Source: a virus
Lineage: Duplodnaviria; Caudoviricetes
IMG/VR virus record: IMGVR_UViG_2595698685_000001
Span: 58,025 to 122,024 of that record
Length of the DNA: 64,000 nt
Direction: 5' to 3' (one strand)
Positions 50,255-58,919 of this stretch are shown piece after piece; position 1 is the stretch's first letter, and the number at the start of each line of letters is the position of its first letter. A model generated the notes under the pieces. That model saw nothing but the letters and a program-made list of their open reading frames with translations. It did not search any database and was not told where the DNA came from. A program made the translations under genes and the position numbers.

Positions 50255-50683
50255 ATGTCAACTCTTCTCACCCACAATATAGGTAGTCCGCTAGAGGCTC
50301 TGTACTTATCATCTGCTGTAATCAAACTATCTGATTACATCAAGCATACTAATCTGTACACAGGGCCATCTAACGGTGCAGTTATACCTTTTGTTCCTGC
50401 AAAGAGTATAACAATTACTATTGAAGACGCTGTTATAACTTCCTCGTTCTTATACGGCATGCTTAGAACTTGGTTCTGGTGCGTAGCGATTCAGTTCAAT
50501 ATTAGAGAACCTAAAGTATTAGAAGATTACGTTATGAACAACATAACGTTAATCCAACACAATAAAAATGGGGTAGCGTTTAGCCCTTTACCTGAGCTTC
50601 TACGAGCCGTTCGTAGATTTTGGGATACTGAGTCGCATAATCTTAATAGTGTCTATACAGTAAGGAATTTAGCATATGATTGA
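50255..50683 (+). CDS. Hypothetical protein (possibly STAS-like)
   Basis: 142 aa with AAGGA SD; ITITIEDAVITSSFLYG recalls STAS-like DUF4325 proteins. Confidence 0.6.
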   Translation: MSTLLTHNIGSPLEALYLSSAVIKLSDYIKHTNLYTGPSNGAVIPFVPAKSITITIEDAVITSSFLYGMLRTWFWCVAIQFNIREPKVLEDYVMNNITLIQHNKNGVAFSPLPELLRAVRRFWDTESHNLNSVYTVRNLAYD

Positions 50684-50987
50684 AGCACTGATAGTACTAA
50701 GTGTACTAGGGTTAATATGTGTGGTTATTCTTAGCATTACTATACACTCTGTCAATAGTAGAGTTAAAATGCTAGAGGAAGATTTACAAGCTAGGAGTAT
50801 AGAGATTCTTAAATTGCAGTCTAGTGTTAGAATTCTTAACACAGATATTGAATACGGGACTGAGTACGGTAAAGCAGTATACAGATATATGATGGACAAA
50901 GATTTGCAGTTTATGCGTCAAGAGCTGCGTTTTGAAAAGCGTATTAATCCTTCCAAAGGACTCGTGAGTACTGAGGGAGTAACGTGA
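50676..50987 (+). CDS. Hypothetical membrane-anchored coiled-coil protein
   Basis: N-terminal hydrophobic helix followed by a heptad-like segment. Confidence 0.7.
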   Translation: MIEALIVLSVLGLICVVILSITIHSVNSRVKMLEEDLQARSIEILKLQSSVRILNTDIEYGTEYGKAVYRYMMDKDLQFMRQELRFEKRINPSKGLVSTEGVT

Positions 50988-51014
50988 GTCTTGTGAGGTG
51001 GGAGGCCGTGCGTG

Positions 51015-51081
51015 AGTTTGCGTGAGATGAGAGAAGTTTGCGTGAGATGAGAGAAGTTTGCGTGAGATGAGAGAAGTTTGC
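51015..51081 (+). repeat. 20-bp tandem repeat AGTTTGCGTGAGATGAGAGA x3.3
   Basis: Exact units at 51015, 51035, 51055 and a partial unit at 51075. Confidence 0.95.
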
Positions 51082-51196
51082 ATGGGTTCCCCAACTGATT
51101 TATAAGAAGCCTTTCCTAGATTTTTGAAAGTTACACATGGATGGGGGTTCCCATATAGGCTAAATGAGAATAAGTCTCATTACCGCCCTATCTGGG

Positions 51197-51231
51197 TAGT
51201 AACGGGCTGTTACTGTTTCAGCCCGTTACTA
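51197..51231 (-). terminator. Strong hairpin downstream of dmp
   Basis: 13-bp perfect IR TAGTAACGGGCTG/CAGCCCGTTACTA; no clear U tract on minus. Confidence 0.5.
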
Positions 51232-51248
51232 TTTCAGAATCAAATCAT

Positions 51249-51956
51249 TTAACTTGCTAACAGTTGCATGATGTAATCAGTAGGGGAGCTATAATCACGC
51301 CGTTCCTCATCTGTCATGCTATGCCATGCTAAAGCGGTTCGCTCGGCTAGGTCTGCGTAGTCAGAATCTAAAACTAATTGTTCGTCTGCCATGTCCTCTA
51401 TGGTAGTACGAACACCCATACTCAAGACTTCATTCAACATAGTAGCGTCAACCGCATTAAATCCCATACTGCGAGCTACTTCGAGCACTCCCTTATGGTC
51501 ATCATACACGGTGATATCAGCCAGCGGGTACAGCTTGCGCAACTGCTCAAAGTAAAACGCCTTGTAATCTGCATCACGGCTATGATACAGGCGCGGCACT
51601 TCTGACAGGTGAGGCACGTAACGGTGTAGCGTATCGCGTGACATAAGGCGTACACGGTTTTCGCCACGTCCCCGTAATTGCTGCTTACGCAGGTAATAGT
51701 AATCACTACGGGTCATCAATCGAGCGGTAACGATAGCGTTAGCTGTAGTTTCCGACTCTAAAGACTTGAGCATGTATTCTGATAGCGGTAGCAGGGTGTC
51801 ACCCATGATTGCATCGTGAGTACAGGCTTCCCGCATGTACTGATTTAAATCTAAATCCCCGCTAGGGCTAAGGCAAGGGGCGACACGGTGAAATGAGTTT
51901 ATGACGGTTCCGTCTAAATCCCATACGTTAAGCTGTTTGACTTGATTCATAATCAC
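51249..51956 (-). CDS. dmp: Deoxynucleoside-5'-monophosphatase (HAD family)
   Basis: WDLDGTV, VTAR, YDD HAD motifs; first pre-early gene in T5 order. Confidence 0.9.
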   Translation of the reverse strand: MIMNQVKQLNVWDLDGTVINSFHRVAPCLSPSGDLDLNQYMREACTHDAIMGDTLLPLSEYMLKSLESETTANAIVTARLMTRSDYYYLRKQQLRGRGENRVRLMSRDTLHRYVPHLSEVPRLYHSRDADYKAFYFEQLRKLYPLADITVYDDHKGVLEVARSMGFNAVDATMLNEVLSMGVRTTIEDMADEQLVLDSDYADLAERTALAWHSMTDEERRDYSSPTDYIMQLLAS

Positions 51957-52231
51957 CCCTTGCTATGCGCAGATTTAAGGGTGATTTCAGCCACCAAATC
52001 AGGACGGACAATAAACGAGTCTACATCGTTAACGCCGTCTAACAACTGACAAGAATCCTCATAGCCCATCACGTCCCCGTCATCATCAATACGAATATAG
52101 CCGTCAACAGAATCACGCATAACGTATACTGAGCTATTGTAGGATGATTGATAAATCACACCCTCTACAAAATCGTCGATATTGACAATTTCCGGTGCTG
52201 AGGATTGCCCGATAATTATTTTAGCTTTCAT
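51953..52231 (-). CDS. Hypothetical pre-early protein
   Basis: 92 aa with GGAG SD. Confidence 0.75.
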   Translation of the reverse strand: MKAKIIIGQSSAPEIVNIDDFVEGVIYQSSYNSSVYVMRDSVDGYIRIDDDGDVMGYEDSCQLLDGVNDVDSFIVRPDLVAEITLKSAHSKG

Positions 52232-52258
52232 GAAATAGAGTCTCCAATTAAGGGATAG

Positions 52259-52285
52259 AAAAAGCGGGGAATAAAACCCCGCTTT
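52259..52285 (-). terminator. Intrinsic terminator
   Basis: AAAGCGGGG/CCCCGCTTT + U tract. Confidence 0.75.
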
Positions 52286-52293
52286 ATTTGTTA

Positions 52294-52686
52294 TTACTGA
52301 ACGCTGCTAATAGTGTCTACCAACACTAACGGGTCACGCTCAATAAAGGGAATATCGAGCATTTTTAACCCGTCCTGAATAACGTCAAGCGTCACATCAT
52401 CCAGTACCGGAATAATGGTGAACGCCGTGCCGTTTTTAGGTCGTGACATAATAGAGTCGTGGGCTTGTTCGCCCTTCTGACTAATAATGACAGCATAGGA
52501 TACTTGCGACTCTTTACAATCAATATTGTATTGATTGGTATCCGCTGTTACACCCGCGCCAATAGTGAGGCGTTCGGTGTTATAAGTCAGGTAGCCGATA
52601 GATTCAGGAGTAACCACAACTGAACACGGCACAACCTGAGACACAGAAAAACGTTTACCATTACGATAGAAGATAGCTAATTTCAT
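52294..52686 (-). CDS. Hypothetical pre-early protein
   Basis: 130 aa with GGAG SD. Confidence 0.78.
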   Translation of the reverse strand: MKLAIFYRNGKRFSVSQVVPCSVVVTPESIGYLTYNTERLTIGAGVTADTNQYNIDCKESQVSYAVIISQKGEQAHDSIMSRPKNGTAFTIIPVLDDVTLDVIQDGLKMLDIPFIERDPLVLVDTISSVQ

Positions 52687-52700
52687 GTTTTAGACTCCAA

Positions 52701-52964
52701 TCAAAGGGATTTAATGTTGATTTCAAGGCGTAACGACGTAGGCATGAAATAGTCTCCTAATTCCTGCTCAATTAACCAGTCGGCCAAAAATCTTACTACT
52801 TCATGCACTTCCTGAGTGGCGGTATTAATTACTATTGCGCCCTCATCCACCAGTTGAAATAAATATTTACCATTACGGTAAAGGATAGATTCATCCTTTA
52901 TCTGCGCAAACTGGATAGAATTATTATCGGGCATGTCATCAGGAAAATTGATAGTTAAGCCCAA
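52701..52964 (-). CDS. Hypothetical pre-early protein
   Basis: 87 aa overlapping the A1 stop. Confidence 0.65.
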   Translation of the reverse strand: MGLTINFPDDMPDNNSIQFAQIKDESILYRNGKYLFQLVDEGAIVINTATQEVHEVVRFLADWLIEQELGDYFMPTSLRLEINIKSL

Positions 52965-54628
52965 AATTTACCCCCTTTATAATCCAAAAGGGTACGAGCG
53001 CCATTAGCATAGGTAACAATATGCGTTTGGCACCAGCTAGACGCGCCGATGTTATAGCCCATATCCAGCGAACCAGTTACACCAGCCGTGTACACACCGC
53101 CATAAATGCTAGGCGTATGGGTATGGCCTGTATTGAGCTTGCCCAGCTTTTTATATTGCTTTGGAGCGCCCCTACTGCCGTTAATACCGTTGTGACCGTG
53201 TACGCCGCATTCAATCCCTGCAACTTTGAATGACTCATCGGTTTTCAGGAAAATTGCGCTGTAGTTACACTCCGCAATTTCACGCAAAGCATAATCAAGC
53301 ACATTGAATGAGGTATCACCGCTTTCGATAGCAGAATACACCGCTGCGTTAAGCTGGTGAAACAGTTTGGCGTTAGCGGGGTCATACGTGATATTGGCGT
53401 TTTTGTCATCCAGCCAGCGACTCAATGCTAAGTCATGGTTAGACTCAACAACAATCGTTTGGCACCATGCACGCTGGCACATTTCCAAGACCGCGCCAGT
53501 GTCTCGCAGGTCGTCAAGCACACGATCACGCCCCTCCGCATATTGTTGCGCTAAGAACACGCCACTATTGCGGTTATGGTGGTTACGGGATGTAAAATCA
53601 TGCACATCATGGATGAACTGGAATTGAGGCCGCAATTCATCTAACAGGCTATAACCTTCATCTAGGACTACAGACGGCCCGAATGATGCTACAGCACAAT
53701 CATCATCCAGCTTTTCGGCATGGATATCACCATACTGTAAAGCCAATACGCTATCGTCTACTTCATCGACGCTAGACGGTGTAACATACAGGGTTAAATC
53801 ATAAAATTCCCCGCTGTCATCCATCGCCTGCAACTGACGGCAATAATAATTACCTTCCTCGTCAAACTCAACGATTAGAGCGCCGTAACAGTGACGGGTT
53901 TCAGCCGCTTGCCCTGCTTTCTGCTGAATGTAGTTTTTCTGAGTAGCACACCCTGTAGAATATAACCGCTGGACTACTTCACCCTTCAATGCGGGAACGG
54001 CTTCACTAGTGATCTGAGCGTGCCCGATGGCAGCGCTAAAACCATTTAAAGATTCTGCGAAACCTGAAAGCGGATAATTTGCAGTAGGCAAAATGTTTAA
54101 TTGCGCTAGAAACGCAAAAGAAACATTATTCAAGAAGCAGTTAGCTTCCTGAATATACGGGCTAAAGATAGGGTCATAATGAATACCCTTTTCCCCAGCG
54201 CCATTCTGAAAGCCGTTTTTATTATACGTGAATTTAGAAACTAATAACTTAGCTCCCAAATACTCCGCATAACGTTTTAAGGAATTAAAGAAGTTAACGT
54301 GAGGTAGCGTGTTATTTTGAATGCTGGTAAGAATAAACTTACTCCCAGCAATAACAGGCCATGATTCCACCGCGCTAGAAATATTACCAGCCACTAAAGG
54401 GCGGGTATCTTCTTTTTTCGGTTTCTCCGCTTTTACTTTTGCGGGGCGGGCTGGCTTATTCGCTTCTAACCAGTTATGAATTTCAACCGATTTAGAGCAA
54501 TCGCCGAATAACTCTGTAGAAATTGTTTCCGCTACCGCTAGTTTAGTGGTGCGTAGACGCTTTCCATAAAAGTTTAAATCCTCCCCCCGCTGAATAATAA
54601 CGGGATGATGTTTTTCTGCTATAGACAT
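52955..54628 (-). CDS. A1: A1 protein (host DNA degradation / second-step transfer; metallophosphoesterase-like)
   Basis: GDIH, HD, SNHD, HGH, GHTH motifs; ATG 54628 with GGAG SD gives 557 aa, similar to T5 A1. Confidence 0.9.
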   Translation of the reverse strand: MSIAEKHHPVIIQRGEDLNFYGKRLRTTKLAVAETISTELFGDCSKSVEIHNWLEANKPARPAKVKAEKPKKEDTRPLVAGNISSAVESWPVIAGSKFILTSIQNNTLPHVNFFNSLKRYAEYLGAKLLVSKFTYNKNGFQNGAGEKGIHYDPIFSPYIQEANCFLNNVSFAFLAQLNILPTANYPLSGFAESLNGFSAAIGHAQITSEAVPALKGEVVQRLYSTGCATQKNYIQQKAGQAAETRHCYGALIVEFDEEGNYYCRQLQAMDDSGEFYDLTLYVTPSSVDEVDDSVLALQYGDIHAEKLDDDCAVASFGPSVVLDEGYSLLDELRPQFQFIHDVHDFTSRNHHNRNSGVFLAQQYAEGRDRVLDDLRDTGAVLEMCQRAWCQTIVVESNHDLALSRWLDDKNANITYDPANAKLFHQLNAAVYSAIESGDTSFNVLDYALREIAECNYSAIFLKTDESFKVAGIECGVHGHNGINGSRGAPKQYKKLGKLNTGHTHTPSIYGGVYTAGVTGSLDMGYNIGASSWCQTHIVTYANGARTLLDYKGGKFWA

Positions 54629-54716
54629 AGTAAAACACTCCAAATTAATTGGGAAATTGACAATTTGAATAATTGCCATTAATAGCCCCGCTGTATAAGC
54701 AGGACTATTAATTGCC

Positions 54717-54959
54717 TTATTCCAGTAGCGGGTACTGAGTAACATCAATAATACTTGACGCAATCCCTAACCCGATAGCTAGGATAGTGACCAGCCACGC
54801 CGCATAGTATGCTTTGCGTGAACGCTTGTACATCTTGCTATATTGGACACCTGCATTACGGTGGTCACATAGCGCCGTGAAGCGTCCGAATAGTTCCCAC
54901 AGAATAACAGCCAGAAAGAACATACCAAAAATAAAAGATTCAGAAGGGTAGAAAATCAT
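54717..54959 (-). CDS. Hypothetical membrane protein (2 TM)
   Basis: 80 aa with two hydrophobic helices; GAGG SD. Confidence 0.7.
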   Translation of the reverse strand: MIFYPSESFIFGMFFLAVILWELFGRFTALCDHRNAGVQYSKMYKRSRKAYYAAWLVTILAIGLGIASSIIDVTQYPLLE

Positions 54960-55198
54960 ATTTCATCCTCATCAGAATAGGTTTCTCGAATATCCATCGC
55001 ACTATACATAAAATTGCGCGGTGAACCTTTCTTATCAGTTGCAGAATGTCCGTAAAATTTAACGCCGCCGTCCTGCCATTCTCCTTCAATAGATGCACCA
55101 TTAATCATCAGTGCTTCCATAGCGGGATTTATGCCGTGATTTTCGTTTGTCACAGTATTGTCAGGATTTTTACGGGGGATAAGATTAACGATAGGCAT
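54956..55198 (-). CDS. Hypothetical pre-early protein
   Basis: 80 aa with GAGG SD. Confidence 0.75.
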   Translation of the reverse strand: MPIVNLIPRKNPDNTVTNENHGINPAMEALMINGASIEGEWQDGGVKFYGHSATDKKGSPRNFMYSAMDIRETYSDEDEI

Positions 55199-55220
55199 AG
55201 GATTAACCTCAACAAGAAAT

Positions 55221-55242
55221 AAAGCCCCTATTAGCTAGGGGC
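55221..55242 (-). terminator. Terminator after A2
   Basis: GCCCCTA/TAGGGGC stem + U tract on minus. Confidence 0.65.
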
Positions 55243-55252
55243 GCTATTAAGA

Positions 55253-55669
55253 TTAAACTTCCGCGCTTTCTTTAACCTCATCGAACACGCCTAGCAGCTT
55301 AGCCAGATTTTCTAGCGCGTCGAGCTTCACGCTTTCCAGACTGGAAAACTCATCAGTGTTTTCGATAAGCCCTTGCTCAATGGCATGTTTACCGAACACG
55401 CGCACGTAGTGAGCTTTGCGAACAGAGCTACCGCCACCGATTTTACGGGCTTTTTCCGCCTTCTGGTAAACGCCAGCGCTTACCAGCTTAGAACGAACCT
55501 TTACAGGACTACCCGCGCCAATTTCGTTAGAAATGGTAATCAGGCCGTCAGTGTTGGCTACGTCAATACCAGATTCCAGAAGAATAGACTCATAGCGAGA
55601 AACAGCAATGGCACTGTTATCATCGTTCCATGCGAATTTTTCATCTTTCTTTTCTTTAGCTTTAGACAT
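55253..55669 (-). CDS. A2: A2 DNA-binding protein (second-step transfer)
   Basis: 138 aa; FAWND, VRSKLVSAGVYQK, LESVKL; T5 synteny; related to D3. Confidence 0.88.
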   Translation of the reverse strand: MSKAKEKKDEKFAWNDDNSAIAVSRYESILLESGIDVANTDGLITISNEIGAGSPVKVRSKLVSAGVYQKAEKARKIGGGSSVRKAHYVRVFGKHAIEQGLIENTDEFSSLESVKLDALENLAKLLGVFDEVKESAEV

Positions 55670-55703
55670 GATTTAGACTCCAAATTATCAAATTATGGGA
55701 TAT

Positions 55704-56284
55704 GAATAACGGAAATGTTATTCCTAATAAGCTGGGCATATGTAAATAAATTAACGTTAGCCCAGCTTATACAGAGAACATTTTTATTTTATGCTCGTTT
55801 TCAGTTTGCCAATTAAGGCGGGGTAATACGATATAAAACCCCTTTTAGTATTTCCGTTCAGGCTAGGAAACGATATCCAAATAGCTCACAGTTGCCGCTT
55901 TAAGCATGATATGTCTTGTAAGTATACTGTAATAACTACTAAGCAGGGTCAAAGACCAAAAATAAAACCTGAATAACTAAATGTTATTCCTAATAACCCG
56001 TTAACACGCTTTAATCACCGGTTTAATGTCTAGAACAGGAAACTAGTGTGGTGTACGGGTTATTCAGAAAACACTTACTTAGAATAATCGTCTGATTATT
56101 TCCCACACTCTCACAGTGGGCGTGAAAACTCCTAATTGCCGCTTTAAGCGTGATATTTAATCCGAATGTAGGAGTATTAGCGCACCATAACATTGTTTGC
56201 GCTTACATGGACGGTACTACGAAAATCCAACATATAGGGTCATTCCCTGTTTCCGGTTAGCGGCGCACGCGATTGCAGCCGCTA
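55704..56284 (-). ncRNA. Candidate structured RNA array upstream of A2
   Basis: About 600 bp with no ORF of 60 aa or more; two degenerate units sharing AATGTTATTCCTAATAA and TTGCCGCTTTAAGC.TGATAT; many hairpins. Confidence 0.45.
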
Positions 56285-56290
56285 GGGTTA

Positions 56291-56557
56291 TTAATCAAGA
56301 GCTTCAAACAGGTAGATAGATTCATTCCACATGTCGCCGTCATCAGCTTCAACGCGAAATTCTTCCTTGTACTCACCTGAACCGTCATACTCGTTATCGA
56401 AGCTACCAGCTTCTACAGGATATTCTTTACCTACGGTAAATGAACCGTCACGATAATAATTACCCCATAACTCCGCGTTTTCAATCCCCTTTAACTCATT
56501 AGGGATTTCACCGATATAGCGCACACGGGTAGTTTCAGCCGTTGGAAGTTTACGCAT
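56291..56557 (-). CDS. Hypothetical pre-early protein
   Basis: ATG 56557 with GAGG SD; FTVGKEY motif common in small phage proteins. Confidence 0.72.
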   Translation of the reverse strand: MRKLPTAETTRVRYIGEIPNELKGIENAELWGNYYRDGSFTVGKEYPVEAGSFDNEYDGSGEYKEEFRVEADDGDMWNESIYLFEALD

Positions 56558-56901
56558 CAGGGGTAACCTCCTGAATGTCGCATTCATCCTGAGTGTATTC
56601 ACGAACTACAGAAATACACGGCTGGCAATGTACCGTTAAACACCATGCGCCTTCATCATCTTGAAACGCGATAGGGCGTGATGGAACATCATCCGGCTCT
56701 AACTGCATAGCCCCGATAAATTCAGGGTCAATGCCGTAGGTAACGCCGTAATAGGTTTTACCTAATTCACAGTCAGAAAAGCAAGGATCGTCCTTACTAA
56801 CAACCGTAAACTCGACACCGCTAGGCAGGGGGGGAGCAAAGAAGAAGCAGTTCAAACGGCAAGCACGCGAAAGGCAATGCTTTGATAGTTGGCTTAGTCA
56901 T
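56550..56901 (-). CDS. Hypothetical protein interrupted by a frameshift in a C7 tract
   Basis: SD+ATG at 56901 joins the 56550-56855 frame only if the G7 run at 56828-56834 were G6. Confidence 0.6.
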
Positions 56902-56950
56902 AGTAATGTATACCTCTTAACAAAATGGGATTATTTAAGCTACCGCCAGA

Positions 56951-57223
56951 TTAGCGGATAGCCTGCCATAACGTTTGTTTCTCGTTATGCTCTTTGAGCG
57001 TAACGTCTACACGGTCGCCAGATTTCAAACGAACCCCGTAGATTTTCACACCTTTTTTATTACTGGCGGTGTCATCGTAAACGGCCTCAATCTTATCAAA
57101 AGGAATAAGAGCACAGCCACCCTGATATTCAGCCTTGCCGGTAACTGCATCGGTAGCAGTAACGAAAGGCACATAAACAGATTGCCCGACTTTAGGCGCT
57201 ACTAATGCGGTGATTTCATTCAT
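56951..57223 (-). CDS. Hypothetical pre-early protein
   Basis: 90 aa with GGAG SD; APKVGQSVYVPF start. Confidence 0.8.
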   Translation of the reverse strand: MNEITALVAPKVGQSVYVPFVTATDAVTGKAEYQGGCALIPFDKIEAVYDDTASNKKGVKIYGVRLKSGDRVDVTLKEHNEKQTLWQAIR

Positions 57224-57505
57224 AATTTACTCCAGTTGTTTTAAGGGTATGTTATCCAGTGTGAGGACTAACTTAATCCACTAGTCTAAGCCCTACGCAG
57301 TTTCACTGTATTCAGCGTACATTGTTAGGCGTTGCCTAGCGTTTGGGATAATCCTCACACGAAAAACACACTCTAAAATTGGAGTCTATAGCTAATTCCA
57401 AATTTTTAAAGAGCTAAGGCGGGTAATTTGCTTTTCAGACTTCCCCGCGCTTTACTGTTTCGCTGGCTACTTAGCGTTTCCGCTTCACCGTTGAAACTGA
57501 ACATC

Positions 57506-57534
57506 ATCATAAAGCCTATTCGCTAGGCTGTCAA
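57506..57534 (-). promoter_or_regulatory. Strong pre-early promoter
   Basis: TTGACA-17-TATGAT on minus. Confidence 0.85.
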
Positions 57535-57674
57535 GCGTACTTTTTGCTGTAGTCGTAAAGAGTTTTTAGCTCTTTCATATCATCTTCCCAAATCCTAGCC
57601 TTTTGTTCGGTATTTAAGCTAGGGTTATTCTGAGTAGATTGAGCGAGTACCAAGTATTTATGGTAAAGACTCAT
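57531..57674 (-). CDS. 47-aa small protein (not in ORF track)
   Basis: GAGG SD; MSLYHKYLVLAQSTQNNPSLNTEQKARIWEDDMKELKTLYDYSKKYA. Confidence 0.7.
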   Translation of the reverse strand: MSLYHKYLVLAQSTQNNPSLNTEQKARIWEDDMKELKTLYDYSKKYA

Positions 57675-57688
57675 ATATTGGTATCCTC

Positions 57689-57829
57689 TCATTTGGTGGC
57701 CTCATATCGAGCTTGTAACTCTTTCATCATGTTGTCCCAAATCATCGGTAAGCCTTGTTGTAAGCCTTTCTTATAGCCTTTATAACGGCGGCGTACATCA
57801 ATCTGCATTAACGCTAATGTATTTTTCAT
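57689..57829 (-). CDS. 46-aa small protein (not in ORF track)
   Basis: GAGGT SD; MKNTLALMQIDVRRRYKGYKKGLQQGLPMIWDNMMKELQARYEATK. Confidence 0.7.
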   Translation of the reverse strand: MKNTLALMQIDVRRRYKGYKKGLQQGLPMIWDNMMKELQARYEATK

Positions 57830-57878
57830 TTAATGACCTCATTCACTAGGGAGCGAATGGGCTTTATTGATGATGTTC

Positions 57879-57894
57879 AAATTGTTAAAGAGCG
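57879..57894 (-). promoter_or_regulatory. boxA antitermination-like element
   Basis: CGCTCTTTAACAATTT on minus; further copies at 57401-57415, 58186-58198, 60596-60608. Confidence 0.75.
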
Positions 57895-57938
57895 AACTAG
57901 ATAGTAACCTGATAGGCTTGCTATTTGCAAGCCTTATT

Positions 57939-58136
57939 TTACCAGTTTTCTTCCTGAATTTCCGTAGCCTTCTTAATCTGTACGCGGTGAGGTTTAACAT
58001 CATGCTCTTGTTGCATTAGAGCAAGAGTGCCTTGAGCGTCTGTAGCGTCGTTAGTGTAGTAAGAAGCCTTACCAACATTTACACGATACTCATCATAAGA
58101 TTCACTAAAGATGATGGAAGATTTAACAGTTGACAT
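57939..58136 (-). CDS. Hypothetical pre-early protein
   Basis: 65 aa; YYTNDATDAQGT motif; enclosed by a 25-bp inverted repeat. Confidence 0.72.
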   Translation of the reverse strand: MSTVKSSIIFSESYDEYRVNVGKASYYTNDATDAQGTLALMQQEHDVKPHRVQIKKATEIQEENW

Positions 58137-58262
58137 GATAAGATTCCCTATTGGAGTAAGCCTATCAGGTCACTATCTAGTTAACTTGTTAAAGAGCGGT
58201 GTAGGTGAACAAGGGCTTAATGTTGCGCCTTTCAATGTTCTGTACTGCGTCCTACGGGATAA

Positions 58263-58291
58263 ATATTAGCAAGGCGCGTAGAAGCCTGCAA
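58263..58291 (-). promoter_or_regulatory. Pre-early promoter
   Basis: TTGCAG-17-TAATAT with TG extension on minus, followed by boxA. Confidence 0.7.
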
Positions 58292-58372
58292 CCTCATATT
58301 TGTAAAGATTTGTAAGCACGCTTACCCTGCTAGAGTATGGAACCGAGCACGCACGTTGCATAAGTAAATCAT

Positions 58373-58710
58373 AAAGTCAAGCTATTTCTAAACTACTGTA
58401 TATTTATACATGCCGCTAAAACGCTCTAAAACGCATTCTAAGCGGTTTTCTGTCTAACTGGTACATTCATACCGGAACAAAAAGATCTCACTAATGCGAG
58501 TAATTCTCATTTGGAACGAAAAGTTGGCACGCTGTTTGCTTATACTTGTAAATGCTTGTTTTACTGCGTGTTTTTGAAAGTCAAGTTATTTCTCAACTAC
58601 TGTATATTTGTACATGCCCCTAAAAGCTCCTAAAACGCATTCTAAGGCGTTTTTGCTCCTACCTATACCCTAGTACCAAAACAAATAGATCTCGATTTAG
58701 CACTTTTTGC
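58373..58710 (+). repeat. Two copies of a ~115-135 bp module (third copy at 63083-63213)
   Basis: GTCAAG..TACTGTA..CTAAAA..AGATCTC shared; 33-bp identity 58678-58710 = 63181-63213. Confidence 0.85.
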
Positions 58711-58919
58711 CACATAAAAGACTTGACACCTTGATTTTATTGAGGTTGAGCGTTTGCGTATATAGTGGGCTAATAGTGTAGCCCCGAAACTATTTTCTGG
58801 TAGCTGTCTAATAGTACCCTAACGTAATTATTTGCTAGGGTATTATATAATCACGACATGGGACTATTAATGAGGTAAGCAGTTAATGAGAAACACTATC
58901 ATTTGACTTACCCCCATAG

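Noticed and set aside
51015-51081. CRISPR-like array
   Set aside because: Head-to-tail repeats with no spacers and no cas genes
54629-54763. 45-aa N-terminal extension of A1
   Set aside because: Overlaps the upstream gene and a hairpin; the SD is at ATG 54628
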